Both the position numbers and the translations under genes were made by a program. A DNA stretch of 64,000 nt from a virus. Taxonomy: Duplodnaviria > Caudoviricetes. Location of the stretch: positions 1 through 64,000 of IMG/VR virus record IMGVR_UViG_3300011442_000001. One strand, given 5' to 3'. Of this stretch, positions 57,892 to 64,000 are shown in pieces. The notes below the pieces were generated by a model. The model was not told the origin of the DNA, did not search any database, and saw nothing but the letters and a program-made list of their open reading frames with translations. Position 1 is the stretch's first letter. Every line of letters begins with the position of its first letter.

Positions 57892-58925
57892 TAATCCTCC
57901 AATACTTCGTCTGTTATTTCGTCTTCCAAATCGTTTAGCAAATCGGCAATGTTTGTTTGGTAATTCACTATATTATACACCCTCTCTGTTATCCTGTCAA
58001 GGGTTTCCTTAGAATTCATTAATTTCTCTCTGGTCTCTGCCTTTCCCTTTCCTAGGTTTATATCCTCAAACTTGTAGTAAGGGCCGTTCATTGTCATGAC
58101 ACCCAACAGCTTTGCGAAGTCTAGAAGGTCTGACATATAATCAATGCCCTGCCCAAAGATGATAGGAATGGTGAAACTTCTCAAAGGTGGGGCTAACTTG
58201 TTCTTCTTAACTGTGAACTTGGTTAGGATACCAACAATCTCTTTGCCTCTTGTAAGCTTGTCACCCTTTCTAAGGGCTACAATTACCGCTGACTCGTGTT
58301 GAAGCTGGTGACCTCCCGGCATCTTGTAGTCTTTGACATATGAACCTACGTTATCACGAACTTGATTTACGACAAGAACAGCTACGCCCGTTGTTCTAAT
58401 AGCGTATACGTTGCGCTTGATAAACCTTCCAACCAATTTAGGAAGCTGGCCCATTGTATCTTTATCAAATTCAACTTCTTTTTCTTTTTTGGACGCCATA
58501 GCACCTATAGAATCTATTACAACCAGTTCAAATTCTTGAGATTCTATTCCCTTCTCTGCCATCATAAAAGCATCCTCTGCCGAGTCAGGAGAAAGGATTG
58601 TGATGTTTTCTGTTTTAGTATCTTCCCCAAGAACAGCTTTTAGAAGAGATGTATTCAGCAGATTCTCCACGTCAATGTAAAGAACTTTACCGTCTGCATT
58701 TGCTACTTGCTTGGCAGTATTCAAAGCCACAGTAGTTTTTCCACTACCTTCAGGGCCATATACTGTAGTAATCATTCCTCTAGGAATTCCTCCTACCCCT
58801 ATGGAAGTATCCAAAGATAGACAGCCAGTGGAAATTGCCTCAATCTTTTTTGTATGATTATCTAGAACCTGCTCACCAAATTTTTCCAGAATATATTCAT
58901 TGAAACTCTTTCCTTTTTTAGTCAA
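57891..58925 (-). CDS. recA: RecA/UvsX-like recombinase
   Basis: ISTG...LD...GGIPRG....YGPEGSGKT, VIDS, NQVR, PGG, KNK.APP; start probably TTG at 58925. Confidence 0.93.
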   Translation of the reverse strand: MTKKGKSFNEYILEKFGEQVLDNHTKKIEAISTGCLSLDTSIGVGGIPRGMITTVYGPEGSGKTTVALNTAKQVANADGKVLYIDVENLLNTSLLKAVLGEDTKTENITILSPDSAEDAFMMAEKGIESQEFELVVIDSIGAMASKKEKEVEFDKDTMGQLPKLVGRFIKRNVYAIRTTGVAVLVVNQVRDNVGSYVKDYKMPGGHQLQHESAVIVALRKGDKLTRGKEIVGILTKFTVKKNKLAPPLRSFTIPIIFGQGIDYMSDLLDFAKLLGVMTMNGPYYKFEDINLGKGKAETREKLMNSKETLDRITERVYNIVNYQTNIADLLNDLEDEITDEVLED

Positions 58926-59090
58926 CTTTCTCTTCCTTTCTGTATAAGAATGCTTGTACTTGAGGCACTGTAGAATAGAAATCATGTAAAATCTTTATGG
59001 CGTCTCCGGTCTTTATAACGGTATCTTCCACAAATACGAGGGAAACAGTAAATGTCTCCATGCCGTCCTGCTGGTAATATATTTTTACTT

Positions 59091-59348
59091 TTAACTCTTC
59101 TTGCATTCTACCTCTGCTGTAATCAAAATTGTCAGGGCTGTATACCGAGAACCCTTGATGGGAAGGGTAATATCTCTTTGATATTTTATCATATCAATAG
59201 CCAATCCCGTTTCTTTCTCATAGTCTGTTATCATGTCGGCTATGGTTTTTTCTAGTTCTCTCTTTTTATCGAAAGCCTTTCTTATTCTTTCTACCTCTTG
59301 CCCCACACTCCTTGTAGTTACTAACTCAAATTGGTTCATATGTTCCAT
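59091..59348 (-). CDS. Hypothetical protein
   Basis: 85-aa ORF. Confidence 0.5.
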   Translation of the reverse strand: MEHMNQFELVTTRSVGQEVERIRKAFDKKRELEKTIADMITDYEKETGLAIDMIKYQRDITLPIKGSRYTALTILITAEVECKKS

Positions 59349-59350
59349 TT

Positions 59351-61222
59351 TTACTTACTCCATCTTGTCTTTAGTACATCGTCTGCCTTTGCAGGTATCG
59401 AGCCTAAGAACCTTTGTTCTACTTCCTCCATTGTTTCCTTCATGAACTTTATTGCTTCATGTTTTACACTATCATGAACCATTGCAACTAGTTCATCATG
59501 GATTTGCAATAGCAGTCTAAAGTTTCTTCCAAAAGGGTTTCTCTTGGAAATTTCTATCATGGCTAACTTTATAACGTCAGCGCCACCTCCCTGAATAATA
59601 CAATTCTTTCCTTCACGAAGAACTCTCGCTTGCCACTTATCAAATTGTTTCATTGACATATAAGTAGGTTTTGGAAGATTATATCTTCTTCTTCCAATTG
59701 GAGTTATGGAATATCCCTTTTCCAAAATCAGTCTTCCGGCACTCTCCATAAACTTCTGTAATTGTGGATAACCGTTCCAGAAGTTATCTATAATCTCTTT
59801 AGCTTCTGGAATGGAAATCTTTAGATTATGATGTAGACCGAACTCCGTGCTACCATACAGAATGGCAAAATTAACTGTCTTGCCTCTACTACGTTCGTCT
59901 TTTGTTACTTCCTGCTTTCCGTAAAGAATCTGAGCAGTAGCAGTATGCATGTCGGAACCATTTTGATATGCCTCTATAATTCTAGGTTCTTTGCTTATAG
60001 CTCCGGCAAGTCTATATTCTTCCTGAGAATAATCAACTGCCGCAAATACAAATTCTTCGTCAGGAATAAAACATTCTCTGTATCCTCCATGAGTAGGTAC
60101 GTTCTGCATGTTTGGATTCTTGGAAGAGAAGCGCCCTGTTCTGGTTCCTGTTGTGAAATACTCCGTATGTATCTTTCCAGTAACCGGATGGATTAGTTCC
60201 ACAACATTTTTACCGTAAGCATCTATCTGCTTGTTGACACCACGAATTAACAATAGCTGGTCAATGACAGGCTCTCCTGCATATTCCTGTATGGTTTTCT
60301 CGTTGGTATTCTTGGCAGGTATTCCCATAAGATTAATAACGGAAAGCATTTGTTGCCAAGATTTAGGATTGAAGTTTTCCACAAACCATTGTCTCATAAA
60401 GGATGTATCTGTTACTTCCTCCAGAGACTTTCTTCTGGCCTTACCAGTTACAGGAATGGATAATTTTTCTGCCAGCCTTAGACCGTTCTCTGCCTTCAAA
60501 GTCATGGCAAAATCAGCTATCATTTCCTTTAGCTCCCCGGTCATTCTATCTCTTAGCTGTACAGCACTGCGTTCTACTTCCAGCCAAGCAGGAGCATCCA
60601 ACCTAATCCCGTCTATCTCCATTTGAGCAACTACAGGAGTTAGTTCATTTTCTACGTTGATAACATAAGTCTGATGAGTCTCTTCCAACTGCTTCATCTG
60701 CTCTTGGTAAATCAAAGGAAGAACTATAACATCCAAAGCAGAGTACTGCAACATTCTCTCAGTGAAAGGTTTATCGTCTGGGAAGTTTATGAAATCATTT
60801 CTGGATTCTTTATCCATAAAATAATCTGTGTATTTTTCCACCAGAGTAACAAGACTATAGAACGACTCTCCCTTTCCGGCATTCAAAACTACTTCTGCTG
60901 TCTGTGTATCGTAAATATGGGTAAGAAGAATTCCAGTGGCAAACTGGATAAACTTCATGTCGAATTTGGCATTGTGGAAGATAAGAGTATTCTTTCCTAC
61001 TTCCAAGTATCTGATAATTCTTTCCAGTATACTGTACCCAACCTTACGTACATCAACTATATAAGTCTGCTCTCCCAAATGCAATTGCAGAAGAAGAATC
61101 TTATCAAGCATCCAGTCAAGTCCTGTGGTTTCTGTATCTGCACCAATTACCCCTTGATGCTTTATAATTTCTAGAATAAGTTCATCTACTTCTTCTTCTG
61201 TATCCAGAACTTTATATAGCAT
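59351..61222 (-). CDS. polA: Family A DNA polymerase (3'-5' exonuclease + polymerase)
   Basis: DTETTG, HNAKFD, YSALD, TGRFSS..PN.QN.P, DYSQ.E.R, R..GK..NF...YG, QG..AD, QIHDEL. Confidence 0.95.
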   Translation of the reverse strand: MLYKVLDTEEEVDELILEIIKHQGVIGADTETTGLDWMLDKILLLQLHLGEQTYIVDVRKVGYSILERIIRYLEVGKNTLIFHNAKFDMKFIQFATGILLTHIYDTQTAEVVLNAGKGESFYSLVTLVEKYTDYFMDKESRNDFINFPDDKPFTERMLQYSALDVIVLPLIYQEQMKQLEETHQTYVINVENELTPVVAQMEIDGIRLDAPAWLEVERSAVQLRDRMTGELKEMIADFAMTLKAENGLRLAEKLSIPVTGKARRKSLEEVTDTSFMRQWFVENFNPKSWQQMLSVINLMGIPAKNTNEKTIQEYAGEPVIDQLLLIRGVNKQIDAYGKNVVELIHPVTGKIHTEYFTTGTRTGRFSSKNPNMQNVPTHGGYRECFIPDEEFVFAAVDYSQEEYRLAGAISKEPRIIEAYQNGSDMHTATAQILYGKQEVTKDERSRGKTVNFAILYGSTEFGLHHNLKISIPEAKEIIDNFWNGYPQLQKFMESAGRLILEKGYSITPIGRRRYNLPKPTYMSMKQFDKWQARVLREGKNCIIQGGGADVIKLAMIEISKRNPFGRNFRLLLQIHDELVAMVHDSVKHEAIKFMKETMEEVEQRFLGSIPAKADDVLKTRWSK

Positions 61223-61561
61223 TTATCTTCCTTTCTTTTTGTAATATCTCCAGAATTTTCTAACCAGTTCGTCCAGAATAGTTGCATACTTTTCTTCATT
61301 GTTTTTAGTGATGGCATCCCTACCAGACCATATTATTTCGCAAAGAACGTGAAACATTTCGTGTACTACAGTATCTTCCCTGATACCTGACTTCACGAAA
61401 TGCAATTCCCCAAACAACCCATTTCTAGGACTTTCTCTGGTAGGTTCAAAATAGGCCCATCTACCCCCTCCCCAATTATTGAAAGTTTCTGGATGAACAT
61501 CCCAGACAGTTACATCAATCCATTGCCTTTTCTTGTTGAAGTAGATAAGGAACTTATCCAT
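61223..61561 (-). CDS. Hypothetical protein with HExxH motif
   Basis: VVHEMFH. Confidence 0.55.
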   Translation of the reverse strand: MDKFLIYFNKKRQWIDVTVWDVHPETFNNWGGGRWAYFEPTRESPRNGLFGELHFVKSGIREDTVVHEMFHVLCEIIWSGRDAITKNNEEKYATILDELVRKFWRYYKKKGR

Positions 61562-62045
61562 TGAATTCTAAATCTATGCCTTTTAGTTTTTCTTCCAACA
61601 ACTTTGTACACTCTTCGTCCAAAAGAAACCAATCCATTTTCTTTAAAGTCCATTGAAGATAAAGGGGATTTTCGTTGATAACATATTCCACAGTTTTACC
61701 TTTATACTTTCCGTAGGTGAATTCCCAATTTTTCTTGAAATGATATACTTTCTTTTCAGGAATAGGGATGTATATTTCTTTTGGGAATTCTATGTTCCAG
61801 TCTCTAGTATAGTGCTTGGATTCCTCCTCCAAAGAAAATATCATTGCTAGCATATTCAAGCAATTAGATTTACCATATTCTTTGCAATACTCGTCAATGT
61901 AAGCACCACCATCCCCATATACACAGGTTCTAGAATCCATGTAGATTCCAAAATCATCCTGCCTTCTAGCCGCTGTAAACTTCACAAAGTAAGCTACAAG
62001 GGAATCAATCTCATCCTCAGACATAGACCTCAAGTTCTTTTTCAT
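61554..62045 (-). CDS. Protein with C-terminal FxxGKYKG...YLxW small domain (ExoX C-terminal/DUF3820-like)
   Basis: FTYGKYKGKTVEYV....PLYLQW. Confidence 0.6.
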   Translation of the reverse strand: MKKNLRSMSEDEIDSLVAYFVKFTAARRQDDFGIYMDSRTCVYGDGGAYIDEYCKEYGKSNCLNMLAMIFSLEEESKHYTRDWNIEFPKEIYIPIPEKKVYHFKKNWEFTYGKYKGKTVEYVINENPLYLQWTLKKMDWFLLDEECTKLLEEKLKGIDLEFNG

Positions 62046-62209
62046 CCAAAATCCTTTCTACTTTACTCCCGTAGAGCAACTAGAACACGCCCACCAGATT
62101 CCTCTACAACATTCACAAATCTTGAGGAATTTAATCTTACCATCATTGTATTCTTCACTGTATGTTGTGAAACCAAAAGAACAATTTTTGCAAATAGAAA
62201 TTCCCATAA

Positions 62210-62416
62210 TCAGAACCTTTCATGAAAAGAACTAAAGTCTTCTGCCAATAAATACAGACAGGCTATTACTTCCTTCGGATTATTAATATTAATATCAAAA
62301 CCATAAAGCTTTGCGTCTCTTACAACTTCCAATCCCCTTCTATATAAGTCTTCTATTCTCTGTCTGTGTTCCATTTTCTCCAGAGTACTAGAAGACCAAT
62401 GTAAATGGTCGTTCAT
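62210..62416 (-). CDS. Hypothetical protein
   Basis: AGGAG RBS, directly after the promoter. Confidence 0.55.
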   Translation of the reverse strand: MNDHLHWSSSTLEKMEHRQRIEDLYRRGLEVVRDAKLYGFDININNPKEVIACLYLLAEDFSSFHERF

Positions 62417-62446
62417 TATAAACTCCTGACTAACACATTAGTAATA

Positions 62447-62482
62447 AGTATACCACTTAAACATTAATTTGTCAAGTGGTAT
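62447..62482 (-). promoter_or_regulatory. Consensus-like sigma70 promoter with overlapping inverted repeat
   Basis: TTGACA (62475-62470), 17-nt spacer ending in TGg, TATACT (62452-62447); inverted repeat ATACCACTT/AAGTGGTAT. Confidence 0.8.
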
Positions 62483-62769
62483 TTATTAGAAACAGGTTAG
62501 AGATTTAGCGTTGTAGTATCTGAGCTATTATAAGAAAAAGCCCAGACAGCATCAAAAGCACACCCTCTAGCACAGTATTACTTCCCCATATCCCTGCTAT
62601 TCTGGCCCCCGCACATATCAAGTATAACCCTATAAGTACGTAAAACACGGTCATCATTCTATCTTCTCCTTAAATAAAACTAGGAAGTAGGCAGGTTTTT
62701 GACTTTCTATTTCCCGTTTAGCCGCTGACTTATACCACGTGAGTCTGGTCGGACACTACTTCCTAAAAT

Positions 62770-63048
62770 CTATTCTTCTATCTTATCTTCAAAATATATC
62801 CTATATTCAGGATACTTCTTCAAAAGTCTTTCCATAAATTCTGCGTCAGACTTTCGCTCATCTTCTTCCCTAGTATCAATCTCTGCTTTTCCTTTTTTTC
62901 TCCATTGAGAAAAGCAAATTGCTACCATTTGTTCGTTAGACCATTTTGCATCATCTTGTTTTTTGTCGTTCTCTGTGTGCATAAACCTGACGCATCTCCC
63001 CATAAAGCTGTTCTGTTTTTCGTCTTTCGCTGGTCTTGGAATTGGCAT
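62770..63048 (-). CDS. Small protein with P.P...E....F..RC.......Q..AIC.S.W motif
   Basis: Motif recalled from phage head-associated proteins; AGGAGG RBS. Confidence 0.6.
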   Translation of the reverse strand: MPIPRPAKDEKQNSFMGRCVRFMHTENDKKQDDAKWSNEQMVAICFSQWRKKGKAEIDTREEDERKSDAEFMERLLKKYPEYRIYFEDKIEE

Positions 63049-63235
63049 ATCTACCTCCTAGTTAAACAAAGAGAAGACTATTAACCCAGATATACCGATA
63101 GCAAGTAATATAATAATTACTATTGTTACTGCTAACCATCTAGGCAATGTCTTCTCTTTCTTAGGGGTATGCTGTTTTTCTGCTTTATCTCTAGTTTCTG
63201 TCGTAGGCATATCAGACTCCTTTCTCTAGAACTTA

Positions 63236-63312
63236 TGGTATGGGAGAGAGGCTTCGAACCTCCACGCACTCGCTTCCAAAGCGAGCCATCTGCCAGTTGA
63301 ACGTACTCCCAT
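63236..63312 (-). tRNA. tRNA-Pro(UGG)
   Basis: Acceptor ATGGGAG/CTCCCAT, anticodon arm CTCGC-TTTGGAA-GCGAG, GGTTCGAAG, encoded CCA. Confidence 0.85.
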
Positions 63313-63362
63313 ATATGCATCCGAGTTTTTTACAGAAACCCGGAAGGGAAAACTGGCAATAG

Positions 63363-63435
63363 AGCCTCCACTCAGGAGTTGAACCGAGTTCTGCCGTTTA
63401 CAGGACGGCGGTTTTACCGCATAAACTACAGAGGC
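63363..63435 (-). tRNA. tRNA-Thr(UGU), atypical
   Basis: GCCTCTG/TGGAGGC; GCCGT-CCTGTAA-ACGGC with C33; one extra base in the T arm. Confidence 0.65.
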
Positions 63436-63440
63436 ATTTG

Positions 63441-63523
63441 TTTGGCGGAAAGTATTTGGGAGGCTGTGACGGCGGGGTTCTCACCCGCTCGTCACAAAAT
63501 TTAAAGGAACTTTCTGTGCCAAA
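63441..63523 (-). ncRNA. Structured repeat motif, copy 4, within the tRNA cluster
   Basis: TTTGGC ACA GAAAGT TCCTTTAAA-[12-bp hairpin]-T ACTTTC C GCCAAA. Confidence 0.7.
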
Positions 63524-63524
63524 G

Positions 63525-63596
63525 TATGTCCCAAAGGTATCGAGCCTTCCTACTCCGCTTTTCAGGCAGAAGCTAATCCATCTCAGCTAGGGACAT
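63525..63596 (-). tRNA. tRNA-Phe(GAA)
   Basis: ATGTCCC/GGGACAT; TCTGC-CTGAAAA-GCGGA; T loop CTCGATA (C instead of T54). Confidence 0.75.
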
Positions 63597-63601
63597 ATAA
63601 A

Positions 63602-63826
63602 CTATTTAATTTTTCTGGTACTACGTTTGGTAATCTTCATTTCTCCTTTATCTACAGGAGGGACATTCTTCTTGAATATTCTAATTACTCCAGCAACTTC
63701 AAAAACTAGTTCCAAAGTTCCAAGACCAATAACATAATTGAAGCTTGACATGGAAACTGCATTGCATCCTGCCGCAGTACACATAATAACCATGCTGTGA
63801 AACAAAAGCCAAATATAGAATACCAT
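63602..63826 (-). CDS. Small membrane protein
   Basis: Hydrophobic 74-aa ORF. Confidence 0.45.
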   Translation of the reverse strand: MVFYIWLLFHSMVIMCTAAGCNAVSMSSFNYVIGLGTLELVFEVAGVIRIFKKNVPPVDKGEMKITKRSTRKIK

Positions 63827-64000
63827 TATCTATTTTCCTCTTTTGTAAATTCCTATAACACCTTTTATTTCAACTACCATTTCTACCCCTCCGACCACAG
63901 CTATTGTAGCAAGGGCTTCAGGAGAACTTGGAGTACAGCCCGCCTCATTACAGGCAATTACAATTCTCCACAGCATAAAGAATAAATATATAGTCATGTT

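Noticed and set aside
42750-61222. Inteins or introns in terL, dnaB, recA or polA
   Set aside because: Lengths are normal, motifs are contiguous, and no intein C/S...HN signatures were seen.
63132-63320. 62-aa minus-strand ORF
   Set aside because: Overlaps tRNA-Pro.
63441-63523. HDV-like (theta) ribozyme 3' of tRNA-Phe
   Set aside because: I could not build the nested double pseudoknot (P1/P2/P3/P1.1, J4/2); the element fits the simple bulged-stem motif instead.
1-64000. Stop-codon reassignment
   Set aside because: Core genes are intact in code 11, TAA, TAG and TGA all terminate genes at tight junctions, and no suppressor tRNA was seen.

Overview
This window is a 64-kb segment of a large tailed dsDNA phage with siphovirus-like morphogenesis genes; the host is possibly Chloroflexota (inference only). 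Almost everything is on the minus strand. Reading from the right end leftwards it contains: a tRNA cluster; a sigma70-promoted replication/recombination module (PolA, RecA, gp32-like SSB, DnaB, Holliday junction resolvase, Cas4-like nuclease, exonuclease, dNMP kinase); a probable small terminase; a six-gene sugar-methyltransferase/glycosyltransferase cassette; large terminase, portal and protease/scaffold; a major capsid gene split by a LAGLIDADG-containing group I intron; a high-GC Ig-like/Kelch island; head-tail, tail, tape measure and fibre genes with four more free-standing homing endonucleases; and lysis genes. A repeat-rich, mostly non-coding strand-switch region follows (~9.3-11.6 kb), then an early region of small hypothetical genes. 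Most notable observations: (1) four dispersed copies of an unannotated structured small-RNA-like motif with compensatory base changes, three upstream of a conserved alpha-helical gene at the left edge and one inside the tRNA cluster; (2) a G_GGT_TTT slippery site plus compact pseudoknot that would fuse the Ig-like protein to a Kelch propeller by -1 frameshifting; (3) a glycosylation cassette together with Ser-Gly-clustered virion proteins; (4) a precisely mappable group I intron in the capsid gene. All calls were made by eye; no searches were run.
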